A stretch of DNA of 64,000 nt, taken from assembly GCF_003918875.1 (NCBI RefSeq), contig NW_025765336.1, positions 1,178,001-1,242,000 of the forward strand. The letters run 5' to 3'. The notes under the pieces are model-generated. The model was not told where the DNA came from, did not search any database, and worked only from the letters and a program-made list of their open reading frames with translations. Both the position numbers and the translations under genes were made by a program. Within the stretch, counting starts at the first letter, position 1. Each line of letters starts with the position of its first letter. The DNA comes from Haliotis rubra. Lineage: Eukaryota. Below are positions 52,413 through 63,932 of this stretch, in pieces.

Positions 52413-53040
52413 CTTTGTAGAAAAGACAGAATGTTTGCATGTTTTATATGTTTTTCATTATGCCGCTGAATAGAAAATCTGAAAGTAATAATATAGCAAA
52501 GTAGTATTAATATATATGTAATTTCACAGACTGAGACACTAAATTATTCAGTGTTTCGCCAAAGATGAATCTCTTATTCGTCTATGGACAGTGGGTCTCG
52601 CAATCACAAATTCGACCAAGACGAGTCTCTCAAACACTAACTCGCCTTGGGTGGGTCTTCCAACCACTGTTTTTGTTGTTTAAATTATTTTTTTGTTGTT
52701 CAGTAAATGACTGATTCGGCCCAGACAATCCAGTGATCAACAGCATGAACATCAGATAAGGACAAACTTAATGGATGAACAACTTCTTTATTCGGCTCAT
52801 TATGGTTCATCCATAAAGTTTTTGTCCTTTTCTGGTTCACCAACTTCTAAATATGCCACTCAGAGAACCATGAACATCGATCTACGCAACTGGGATACGA
52901 TGACATGTGTCAACCACCCGGTCTATTTAGTCGCCTCTTACGACAAGCATGGATTTCTGAAGACCAATTCTAACGCGTATCTTCACGGGTCTCCAACCAC
53001 TGACTCCTACACTTGTCTCCATTAGCGTGTCTCACCTGCA

Positions 53041-53210
53041 GGGGCGGTGGGGTAGCCTAGTGGTTAAAGCGTTCGCTCGTCACCCCGAGGACCCGGGTTC
53101 GAATCCCCACATGGGTACAATGTGTGAAGCCCATTTCTGGTGTCCCACGCCGCGATGTTGCTGGAATATTGCTAAAAGCGGCGTAAAACCAAAACTCAGT
53201 CAGTCAGTCA
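53041..53210 (+). mobile_element. SINE family 1 inserted at the exon 7 splice donor
   Basis: TSD gtctcacctgca at 53029-53040 and 53211-53222. Confidence 0.92.
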
Positions 53211-53217
53211 GTCTCAC

Positions 53218-53365
53218 CTGCAAGGTGAAATGAGCAGCGTTCTCTTCCATTACCGTCTGCAGCACCTTTTCCCTCACCGCCGAAAACATCTTCTCCGACA
53301 ACGTGGTTTCGGGGACGTTGGACAACATGTTTTTACATTCATCCAACGTCAACGTCTTAGCTACC
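53218..53365 (-). CDS. PACSIN-like exon 7 (VAKTLTLDECKNMLSNVPETTLSEKMFSAVREKVLQTVMEENAAHFTLQ)
   Basis: TATTAG/GTGAGA, phases 2/0. Confidence 0.72.
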
Positions 53366-53567
53366 CTAATACAACATGAAGACAAGAATGATTCAAACAT
53401 GTACACAACGAATATAGGGGATTATTTTGATGCATGAAAATATGTAAAGACGACCACTAATTAAAAGTACGCAAATGCTAGTGAATAAAATCTACCCTCT
53501 TCTGTTCGTTTAAGGACTGCGCCAAGAACTGTGTTGAGTTATCAGTACATGAGACAGTTTCTCGAAC

Positions 53568-53686
53568 CTGTTTTCCGGAATCTCGTGTTCTGCGAGAGTG
53601 AGTATGAACATCCGAGTCAGCTCTAGGGTGTCACATAGCCGGCGGTGGTAGAACAGGTTCAAATCCGACTGCATTGTCTCGAGGAG
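53568..53686 (-). CDS. PACSIN-like exon 6 (LLETMQSDLNLFYHRRLCDTLELTRMFILTLAEHEIPEN-R)
   Basis: TTTTTCGTCCTTAG acceptor; weaker GTTCGA donor chosen by phase; resembles last F-BAR helix (ExxRL). Confidence 0.68.
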
Positions 53687-53802
53687 CTAAGGACGAAAAA
53701 TGTACATGAATTTTCAGTTAGTCAACGCCGGACGTTAGAAATAATCCATCTATCGTATTGGTCTGGATGGACAGCGGACGGTCGGTGGTTACAATCATGG
53801 TC

Positions 53803-53965
53803 GGGGTGGTGGGGTAGCCAAGTGGTTAAAGCGTTCGCTCGTCGCGCTGAAGACCAGTGATCGATTCCTCACATGGGTACAATGTGTTAAGCCCATTTCT
53901 GGTGTCCCCTGCCGTGATATTGCTGAAATATTGCTAAAAGCGGCGTAAAACTAAACTCACTCACT
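53803..53965 (+). mobile_element. SINE family 1
   Basis: TSD acaaYcatggtcg. Confidence 0.85.
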
Positions 53966-54606
53966 ACAACCATGGTCGCTTCATACCAAGAGAGGCTGCA
54001 GAAGCTACTTGCTGCTACCCTGTCTAGAGTTTGCCATCAAGGGACACAACGAGGACTGGTCGGCCCGGCGTCAGTATATAGTGGCGGGGGTAGGGGTGGT
54101 GTGTGTGGGTGGGGGTGGTAGTGGTGGTGGTCCATTTTAAACTGTGGAAAGTGAGCAGGCGTTTTAAAACCGGAACATCTTTCTCTGACAAAAGTATGCA
54201 GCTGTGCGTCTGAATCGGCTCCATCTTTCTTTTCAGTTAGTCAACTAATGTACTGAAGTTCATAAGAGGGTGAGTGAATTTTAAATTAGACAAAAGTTTT
54301 AAGGATAACATATTTTTTCAATATAATGTAACAGCAACGTTTTGGTAGAAATTACCGTTGTCAACAAAGGTTTTCACAGAAACATGGGTATTACAGTGTA
54401 ACAAAGATCGTGGTGTCTTTAACCTTTTTCTAAAACATCTGCCAGGTATTTTAATAACGTTGTAACTTAGCCGAATTAAGTCAAAATGAGTTAAATTTTG
54501 TGTCATGATACTTAGAACAATTTCATTCATCTACAACCACCAAAACATGCAATAACATTCATTTGAGCAAAACCAAGGTTATTTGTGTGTTTTATTGAAC
54601 ACCAAC

Positions 54607-54817
54607 CTTCCTCTGAGTTTTGAGATAAGCGAGCAGTTCGTTCTCCTGTTCCTTGAGCTGCGACTGCTGAACGTCCGAGTACCTTTGGAGGTGATACTGT
54701 CGGCATTCCAGCGTCTCCATCTTCCTCGCCGACAGGGGGGCGTGGTGTGTTGCGGCGCCGCCTACCGTCCAACTTCTCATTCATGTCACGTGAAGCGGAT
54801 AATGCATATTCATATTG
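54607..54817 (-). CDS. PACSIN-like exon 5 (QYEYALSASRDMNEKLDGRRRRNTPRP/LSARKMETLECRQYHLQRYSDVQQSQLKEQENELLAYLKTQRK), one extra base, best placed in the C6 run
   Basis: TTATTTTCCACAG acceptor, GTTGGT donor; 211 nt = 3n+1 although both neighbours need phase 0. Confidence 0.68.
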
Positions 54818-55548
54818 CTGTGGAAAATAACGTCACTAAATTAAAATTTTCAGATTAAATTAGAATCATTGACAGATTTGGCAAACCCGCTATATTTGCT
54901 CACAGCCGTTTATGCAAACTGAATTCGTTCAGACTTCTAATTTTGTTTAGATATTTATGTGTAGTAGAGTACTACAATTCTTTCTGATGACGTGGTATGT
55001 GTTTTTGTGTAATTTTATGTATTGACCTTTGACCCATTGTACATGAAATTCCGGAAATCAAGGAACAGAACTGGTCAACCAAAACAAAATTCCATGTTCT
55101 TAAATTCGTATACTGTTTAGTGACTATCTGTATGGCATTTGTACTATACTTTTCAGCGATTCTATAACAACATTCACCAGTCGTACAGTTAATAATTAAT
55201 TGTGTATGACAGTCTCGTCTGTGAGGCACAGAGCAACAAAAGTTTGAAGACGACATAGGGGTTCAACATTACTTGAAGAAGCGAACGTAAAATATTCCGA
55301 AAGCTGACACGTCATTGTCTCGAGACGCGTGAGAGATGACGTATTTATTTCGCCAATGTCACATGATAGATAATTTGAAAAGTGTTTTGATTTTTGTGAC
55401 TAACAAATTCACATTAATCGTTGACGATTCTACTTGTAATGATATCACTCCAACTAGCGAAAATGAAATCTCTAAGCAAAACGTTAAAATGCATAAAATG
55501 ACAATGAAACTGGTAATGATATATTTCATGAACATCAAACTTGTTAAC

Positions 55549-55672
55549 CTGTTTCTTCCTTCGGACTTCCCCTTCAAGCTCCTGACGCCGGCGCAACTTG
55601 GCCTGGAACTGTAGCACTGCTGCCGAGTACACCCGGTTTGTGTCGGACACCATGGTCCGCTCCTCCAAACAT
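55549..55672 (-). CDS. PACSIN-like exon 4 (CLEERTMVSDTNRVYSAAVLQFQAKLRRRQELEGEVRRKKQ)
   Basis: TTGCAG/GTTAAC, phases 2/0, coiled-coil character. Confidence 0.75.
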
Positions 55673-56299
55673 CTGCAAGAGTGAGTAAGCGCAAGGTTGA
55701 GTGGCTGGGTGAGTAAGTGTGTGAGTGAGTGGGTTCATGATATCTATCAATCTGTGTCGTCATTATGTCAATATGTATCATCAATATTTCATGAAAGAAC
55801 ACGAAAGTTTGATAGGTGTTTATAGATGCGAGTGAGCGAAAAAGAATATAAACGCAAAAAGACACAACCCCCTCCCCCTCCCCCCAAATAATAATAATAA
55901 TAAAATAATAATACAATAAATAATTAAAAAAAATAAAATAAATAAAACCAAACAAAACGAAACAACTCTACTTGGTTAATCAATCAATGCCCAGAAATCC
56001 CTTGCAGTAAAGTTGACTTCAACACTTTTACATTTACGTGCGTTTGATTCGTACACCCGGTTTCACGTTTGTAACTTCAAAAATGCAAACATGTGTTGGA
56101 AAATATATATACGTCAGCTATATAACTCTTTCAGACTGCTTCTTCAGTCATTAAGCCACAAAATCCAATACGGACTGGTATCTTGGCCTCGGTGCGCTGT
56201 GCTTAGTTTAGTCAGGGAGACTATATAACGTGATACCAGTCTACATGTAAACTGCCCAGTATTCCTGTTGGGACTACTCTATGACTTGTCTATGACTTG

Positions 56300-56681
56300 T
56301 GGTGACGCGTGGTCCTGTGCTCAAAGCTCAGGTCAAAAATCGGTAAAGTTAAGCAGTGTCGAGCTCGGAGAGTCCTTGGATGGGTGACCGTGTTTGGCAG
56401 CTTGACTCCTGAGTGTTTCTAGGACTTGAGTCCAGCCCCACAACGAAGCACATGTGACATATGTGGTCTCACCTTAGGCATGTGAGTTTGTTCAAAATTG
56501 TCTCTGTTCACCCAGCAGGAAAATGGGTACCCGGTGGAAAAAGTCATATGACTATAACCTTCTAGCGCCTAACAGGCAGCTTGGGTAATCCGGGGTAATA
56601 ATGTGATGTGCCTTGATTGTTAGCGCTATGAGCATACCTAGTGTGGAGTTTGGCGCTATATAAATGGACACATTATTATTG
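56300..56681 (+). mobile_element. SINE with 5S rRNA-derived segment, CORE-like body and (ATT)n tail
   Basis: aagttaagcagtgtcg...ttggatgggtgaccg resembles 5S box A/box C; cacccagc..aaatgggtacc; gcgctatataaatg..attattatt end. Confidence 0.6.
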
Positions 56682-56712
56682 GCAGCATAATCCGCGTCGG
56701 GACCGTACTCAC

Positions 56713-56854
56713 TGCACTCGTTTCCGGAACTGGAGACAGGGCCCGTCTGCACGAAGGATGTCATTGTACAACTTCTGATGAAGGTTAGCCTGCGCCTGCG
56801 CCTCGCGAGCCGGTGTAGCCAACAAATTTTGCACTTCCGGTGGGAACGGAGAAC
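56713..56854 (-). CDS. PACSIN-like exon 3 (GSPFPPEVQNLLATPAREAQAQANLHQKLYNDILRADGPCLQFRKRV)
   Basis: TAG/GTGAGT, phases 1/2 consistent; EAxxxxxLH F-BAR motif. Confidence 0.8.
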
Positions 56855-57020
56855 CTAGATGGACAAATATAAAACTTTTCCACGTTCCACCTCAACCATT
56901 AGGCGTTGAAAATATACATTCAAGAATGTCTAACAACTAGTTACGAGTTCTTTCTGAAAACGACTCATTAGATCTACGTATACATATGTTATAACACATA
57001 GCATTGGCCTGACAGTTTAT

Positions 57021-57235
57021 CTGTGAAGATCCGGGTTAGAATTGGTCTTCAGCAACCCATGCTTGTCGTAATAGGCGGCTAATGGTATCGGGTGGTCAGG
57101 TTGCTGACTTGGTTGACACATGCCATCGTATCCCAATTGCATACATCGATGCTCATGCAGTTGATCACTAGCTTGTTTGGTCCAGACTCAATTATTTACT
57201 GACCGCTGCCATATAGCTGGAATATTGCTGAGTGT
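57021..57235 (+). mobile_element. Retroposon family 2
   Basis: Family match. Confidence 0.85.
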
Positions 57236-57324
57236 AGTCTGGTCCAGAGTCCATTATTTACATATGACTGCCATTTAACGTAAAAAAGTTCCTGTTTACA
57301 TCGTTAACAAACTCACCTGACGGG

Positions 57325-57684
57325 GACCGCCTCCGTGGTGTAGTGGTTAGAGCGTCCGCCCGGAGTGCGGAAGGTCGCGGGTTCGATCCCCGACCGAGTC
57401 ATACCAAAAGACGTTAAAATTGGTACTTGTTGGTCCCTGCCTGGCGCTCGGCATTAATGGGTACAACAAGGACTGGTCGGCTCGGAGTCAGTATAATGTG
57501 TCTGAGTGGGGTATTCATGCTTCACTGCGGCATGGTATCTCTGTGGGCTAGCACTATAAAACCAGCTTATGTCTGGGCTAGTACAAGCAGCCGCACATAC
57601 ACATACACACGCTTGCACGTCGTCATATGAGCGAAATATTCTCAAGCACGACGTTAAACACAATTTCACCACCACCACCACCAC
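57325..57684 (+). mobile_element. SINE family 3, full length
   Basis: TSD cacctgacgggga, (CAC)n tail. Confidence 0.9.
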
Positions 57685-57867
57685 CACCTGACGGGGAACG
57701 AGGAACGTTGTGATACTCCAAAATCAGGAGTATTCCAGCAATAGGCTCAGACGCACCGTTAACGTATATACATAATTAATTATCTATAGCTCTAAATCTC
57801 TCTATCTGCATCGTATCTGCCATTGAAGCTTCCAGTTCGAATTTGTTAAGTTTATGGCAACACCTAC

Positions 57868-57980
57868 CTTCCTTGGTGACCCCATGGGCAAGGGCCCCCG
57901 CCCACTTCTCCAGACTGTTGATGTACGCCAGCTCCACCCTCCCCCTCTCCCACATCATCTCCTGCACGAATTGCTGGCAT
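57868..57980 (-). CDS. PACSIN-like exon 2 (CQQFVQEMMWERGRVELAYINSLEKWAGALAHGVTKE; FCH helix)
   Basis: CCCCAG/GTAGGT; ERxxxExxYxxxLxxW F-BAR signature. Confidence 0.82.
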
Positions 57981-58113
57981 CTGGGGGGTAGAGATACAGA
58001 CAGTCAGGGGGATACAACAACGTGGGCAAATATCTAGGGCACAATCTCACATAAGAAGCAATTGCGACTTCGTAGATAACAGCTGCAGAGTGTGATGAAC
58101 TGTCTGCCTCTGA

Positions 58114-58279
58114 GGGGCGGTGGGGTAGCCTAATGGTTAAAGCGTTGGCTCGTCACGCCGAAGACCCGGGTTCGATTCCCCACATGGGTAAAATGTGTGA
58201 AGCCCATTTCTGGTGTCCCCCGCCGTGATGTTGCTGGAATATTGCTAAAAGCGGCGTAAAACCAAAACTCAGTCAGTCA
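58114..58279 (+). mobile_element. SINE family 1, full length
   Basis: TSD gtctgcctctga. Confidence 0.9.
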
Positions 58280-59357
58280 GTCTGCCTCTGAACTCCCACA
58301 CAGTTACGTGTTTAGTGATGTACGGTATACACATGTGCCCTTTCTGAGTAGAAGTTTACGTCGCATCGCATTCTTTCAGCCATATAGCGATGAAACCAAG
58401 TCTGCATAATACACATTTTCAGTTTCTTAAGTTTCTTAAAATACATATTTCCAATACGTATTTATTTACAAACAGAAAAAGTCATAGCTCCAAATTTAAA
58501 ACAAAACAAACAGCAATCCGTCATACATATCACATAGTTATAATTTACGATAGAGGTCAATTTCCCTTACGTAGTTCACAATGAGATGCCCACAATGAGA
58601 TCTTTCAGATTTATCGCTTCATAATGGGAATCCCTTGCACATGAAACGGTCCACACAGTCACGAAGAATATGCTTGATGGTGAGCCTTTCACCACAAAAG
58701 ATGTGTTTTTCTGAACACTTTTAGCATCTAAGCAACAACTAAATACAACATACCAGTAACATGTTTAGAATTTAACATCCCTTCTCAACACGTCAACACA
58801 CTAAATGCGTCAACATTTTGGAAAAGGACACACTAAGATTTCTAAACACATATTTTAGTGCAAGTAGAGCTGTTGGATTGATAGATATTATGAACCCACA
58901 CACTCACACACTTTCTGATTGACATAAAACGAGAACTCATTCGATTAATGGTAAAGTGCTGATGAAACTGTCATTTGATTTATTCAGACTACGATTCTCA
59001 TCAATCCAAATCTTATCGCACCTACCTCCGCCTTCAAATATATAAAAGTAATTATACATTATTACTGACAGGTACATTTTGACAGCATATATTATTTTAC
59101 TTTTGTGTTTGTCTGGTTTTGGTATCGTTACCTCATTTGTCATCGAAATTTCATCACTCTATTGCATATTATTTATAAAGTTATAGAAACTGTGCATTTC
59201 CTCCTCAGTATAAAAAAAATACTCATGAAACACTCGAAAAGAACGTGTCGTGTAAGTGCTAGTTAGTTTTCCTGGATCCACTTGCCCAGAAAAATGAAGG
59301 TTAAACATATCACTATTAGGAAAATAAGTAAATATTTAATCGACTCATTCCGCATAC

Positions 59358-59431
59358 CTTTTGGCGCTTTCGTGTTGTCGTATTGTTTCTTGGACCAAGA
59401 GCCAGATGAACTTGTCCGTCTCCTCCGCCAT
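59358..59431 (-). CDS. Divergent PACSIN-like F-BAR/SH3 gene, exon 1 (MAEETDKFIWLLVQETIRQHESAK-R)
   Basis: GAAATGGCG start in CpG-rich context, GTATGC donor, phase 2 fits exon 2. Confidence 0.72.
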
Positions 59432-59447
59432 TTCGCCGCGCTGTCTG

Positions 59448-59466
59448 TGACGTCACTCTGACGTCA
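59448..59466. promoter_or_regulatory. Two perfect CRE palindromes (TGACGTCA) 11 bp apart just upstream of the PACSIN-like ATG
   Basis: TGACGTCA at 59448-59455 and 59459-59466. Confidence 0.55.
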
Positions 59467-60287
59467 TATCATTGTTTACATCACAGCTGACATGCTGTCG
59501 TAACACTTGACTCGGCGATGGTTATGATATACCATAAATTTTTAATACTGTTTAAAACTTTCACTTATTTGTTTTAAAAAATATATATACAAATTTGTTA
59601 AACAAACATATTTGATATCTCTTTAGCGGTAGGCAGTGTGCTTAAATCTGTCTTTGGTTTAATTTATCCCTAATTGGGACACTTGATCTGAGGAAGAGTA
59701 AATCAGGTACAGATATTCCATCCCAACTGAGAGGTAATATTTCATCAGTTTAATACTCTAGATATTTAGATGGAAACTCAATTTTACTCATTGTGTACAT
59801 CAAATACGATTAACTGTAACGGAATTAACCGAATACTCCCGATCGGCTGATGATTAGAGTGACCTCCCTTTTATGTCACATGTTGATAAAAGCTGTCTGC
59901 TTGCAGGAAATATACTTTGATCTATATTGTATACTTCTTATCCTGTACTGACAACACTGGTATTTGCCATTATGAAGTGAAGTATACGTTTAAATGTTAT
60001 TGGCGTATCTGAAAATGACAGTTCTGTTGTGATTTCTCTGATGTGACCGAAGTTATCTGTGTGCATTTCGACATTCTGACAAGCCGAATGATTCTGATTG
60101 TAGCTGATTAGTGATCACAGTTCTCAATCTCAGATTGCGGATAACACGATCGGAATCGTGTCAACGTCACAGTTCATCTCCGATTTTCAGACGGATTTAG
60201 TAATTGGCCGTTACCAAAATGGAGCAAAAGAGAAACTGGGTAAGTAATAGGTTTTAATACATAATATGTCGCTGTTCAATGTATTCA

Positions 60288-60590
60288 GGGACCGTTCATA
60301 ATTTATGGGTTGGGGGGGGGGGTGATGATTTTTGTGGAGAAGCATGTACAATGTGAATGACCCCCCCTAAAATGTATGTACAATATAAGTTGACCCCCCA
60401 TGTCATGTACAAAATCAATGACCCCCCTCTCCTTCCCATAATTTCTAAGCATATTTTTAAACAAATTATATGTACAAAATTGCTAACCCCCCAAGTACGT
60501 GTGTACAAAATTGCTGACCCCCAGCACAAAATGGGTGACCCCCAATTAAAATCATCATCCCCCACCCAGCCATAAATTATGAACGGACCC
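60288..60590. mobile_element. MITE with GGGACCGTTCATAATTTATGG TIRs
   Basis: TIRs read directly; partial copy at ~47180-47272. Confidence 0.75.
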
Positions 60591-61085
60591 AAAATAATCG
60601 AGTTTTAATTGTCATTGCTGTAACGATTATATTCAATTATCATTTTTGTTGGCAACTGCATCACTCTTGATAATGCCATATACATCATAATCAATATTAT
60701 GATATTTAATATTCCTATATTTATGAGAACTGTTGGCAGCAGTCCCTGCACAACAGGTAACATATTTATGTTTGTGTTGATGAACATGTGACCTGCCATT
60801 AAATGTCAGATTCTGAATTCTAGGTTAGAATTGGTAGTGACAGGTAAATCAAGTTCTGGTTCATTTGGGTCCGTAGTAGGACCTTCATGGGTACCAACCA
60901 GACCTGTGGTCAATCATGTATGTGATAGGTTGATTTCAGACAATAATCATTGAAACTCTATTTCTGCAAAGAAGGCTCTTGCATTTCTTTCTGACTATAC
61001 AAGCATTACTTCTGACTTATATATGTTTGAGTAGAGATAAAGCCTCTGTCACTTTAACTCATTCGTTATCAGATCGTTTTGTCGT

Positions 61086-61248
61086 GGGGCGGTGGGGTAG
61101 CCTGGTGGTTATAGCGTTTGCTCATCACGCCGAAGGCCTGGGTTCGATTCCCCACATGGACACAATGTGTGAAGCCTATTTCTGGTGTCCACTGCCATGA
61201 TATTGCTGGAATATTTCTAAAAGCAGCGTAAAAACCCAACTCACTCAT
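61086..61248 (+). mobile_element. SINE family 1 (second degenerate copy at ~61380-61535)
   Basis: Family consensus. Confidence 0.82.
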
Positions 61249-63127
61249 TCGGTTTGTAGGTGTATTGGAATAGTTTTATCCAGGGCTTCAGTAAAACTAT
61301 TTCCAATCAAACATTTTCTACCCAACTCTGTAGGGTCAGGTAACAGGGAGACAATTTGGACTCGACCCATCCTCAGTGAGGTTGTGGGGTAGCCTAGTGG
61401 TTAAAGCGTCTGCTTGTCACGCCATAGTCGTGGGTTCGATTCCCACCATGGGCACAATGTGTGAAGCTCATTATTTGTGTCTCTATGGTATTGCTGGAAT
61501 ATTTCTAAAAATGGAGTAAAACCCAACTCACTCACCCATTAGAGACCTATGTTCAATGACATGGTTTATTGTTTACTCCAGGCTTGATACTTCCCAAGCC
61601 TCCATGAAGTAGTGTAATGTGGCATCGCAGACCAAACTGTAGCTAGTGTCATCCCAGTTGTTATAGATGTGAAGTAAATGAACCATTTGTTTTACTACAT
61701 TTTGATAATCATGCTCTTAAAGTTCTTCAAACAGTGTAGTAAATGAGGCCCGTCTGACTGCCTGAGATGGACAAGATTTTTGACGGACGGTCTAAATTTA
61801 CAGCTAGCCATCCTGATGGTCTGGTAAAAACTTTCCATCTGAGTAAATTCAGCATATCTTGGTGTCTGGTCTGGTTAAATCCATTTTGGGCTGGTAACAT
61901 TTTGAAGTTACCAGCCCTGATGTCTGGCTGGGTTTTTGGCTTATTTCATACACTGCTTCAAAATGACAGCATTTGAAGGATGTCATGGAGAAATTCCAGT
62001 AATGGCTGAAGCTGCAATGAAAGCTGAATAAGCATTCAAAGGAATGTGTGTGTGTGTGGGCGTGCATGTGTGCATGTATGTGTATTATCTCTCTCTCTCC
62101 GCTCTCTCTCTTCACTCTCTCTCTCTCCACTCTCTCCTNNNNNNNNNNNNNNNNNNNNNNNNNNNNNNNNNNNNNNNNNNNNNNNNNNNNNNNNNNNNNN
62201 NNNNNNNNNNNNNNNNNNNNNNNNNNNNNNNNNNNNNNNNNNNNNNNNNNNNNNNNNNNNNNNNNNNNNNNNNNNNNNNNNNNNNNNNNNNNNNNNNNNN
62301 NNNNNNNNNNNNNNNNNNNNNNNNNNNNNNNNNNNNNNNNNNNNNNNNNNNNNNNNNNNNNNNNNNNNNNNNNNNNNNNNNNNNNNNNNNNNNNNNNNNN
62401 NNNNNNNNNNNNNNNNNNNNNNNNNNNNNNNNNNNNNNNNNNNNNNNNNNNNNNNNNNNNNNNNNNNNNNNNNNNNNNNNNNNNNNNNNNNNNNNNNNNN
62501 NNNNNNNNNNNNNNNNNNNNNNNNNNNNNNNNNNNNNNNNNNNNNNNNNNNNNNNNNNNNNNNNNNNNNNNNNNNNNNNNNNNNNNNNNNNNNNNGCCTG
62601 TGTGTCTATGTCTGTCTGTCAGTGTGTCTGAAGTAGTCTGTGGCATACAACCATTTTTCATAAATCCCTTCAATCCCAAATCTCCATTTGAAGAAAGTTG
62701 TCATATTGTATCACATAACAGTTATGTATCTTCATGACTGCTAGTACACAACATTTCTATGCTTGCAGATAGGATTGTTTCTCCTTGGGACAATCAACAA
62801 TCTACCATATGTTATTGTCAACTCCGCTGCCAGCACCATTGCAGACAGGTGGGTAGCGACATAATCCTGGGATCCAGTGTCATCCACAAACCTCAACACC
62901 TGGGTTAGAAAAGTCCCAAGCACTTGATTACTTGTCACAGTGAGGGAACCCAGGTCAGAATAGGTCCCCAGTAGTGCTAATAATGGACTTCTCGTCATAT
63001 TTTAGGGGACTTAGTTGAACCATGTAATCAGACCCATTGTCTTGACAGTGTGTCATACACGTCAGAGCAGGATTTGATTACAACGTCCATTATACCTGTA
63101 ACATATGTTATATTTGATTATATGGAA

Positions 63128-63552
63128 GCCCCGGTGGCTGAGCGGTCTAGGCGTCTGACTTTATGTGCTGGCGATTAGGTGCCTGACTCTGAGGGTGTGG
63201 GTTTGAATCCCGGATGGGACTAAACTCAAAATGTACTAGAATCTGTACTTTACTAAGAAAGTGTAATCCCAAATATAATATACAATGTATGTTACATTTG
63301 ACCACATTCTAAAATGTTACATTTGACCACATTCTAAAATCTAACATTTGACCACATTCTAAACTGTTACATTTGACCACATTCTAAACTGTTACATTTG
63401 ACCACATTCTAAACTTACATTTGACCACATTCTAAAATGTTTAACATTTGACCACATTCTAAAATGTTACATTTGACCACATTCTAAAATGTTACATTTG
63501 ACCACATTCTAAAATGTTACATTTGACCACAAATGGCATTGTGTATTTCATC
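63128..63552 (+). mobile_element. tRNA-derived SINE family 4 with an internal 25-bp minisatellite expansion (63290-63530)
   Basis: A box TGGCTGAGCGG, B box-like GGTTTGAATCC; 3' part matches 4755-4813. Confidence 0.7.
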
Positions 63553-63932
63553 CATTATACCTACCTGGATTTTGTGTAAATTACTGTGCCCACTTTAGTG
63601 AGTGTTGGCATAGCCAGGTTAAACGACAGTGAGTTGAGTTTAGTTTTATCCAGCACTCAGCAATATTCCAGCTGTATGGCGGCGGTCTGTAAATAATCGA
63701 CAATCCAGTGAAACAACAGACTAGTATAATACACATAGATTTATTTACATGAATATCATATGCCTCCTGTATTTAAGTAATTAACAGTTATGTACAACAA
63801 TAGTGAGCATGTATAGACTTCTTTCAGAGGAAGGCTACAAGATGTCTGTAGCCAATTTCCCAAACTGATATTAATGCTACTTTACATATATTTACATGGT
63901 ATACATTGTGGTATATCACTTTGGTATCATGG

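Noticed and set aside
62700-63096. Possible degraded exon with C-type-lectin-like ending (W.IVDC...ICK) on minus strand
   Set aside because: Needs several stops and frameshifts to be overlooked; too weak without a tBLASTn or HMM search.
1-63530. Tandem arrays as possible CRISPR arrays
   Set aside because: No unique spacers, no cas genes, eukaryotic context; they are minisatellites.
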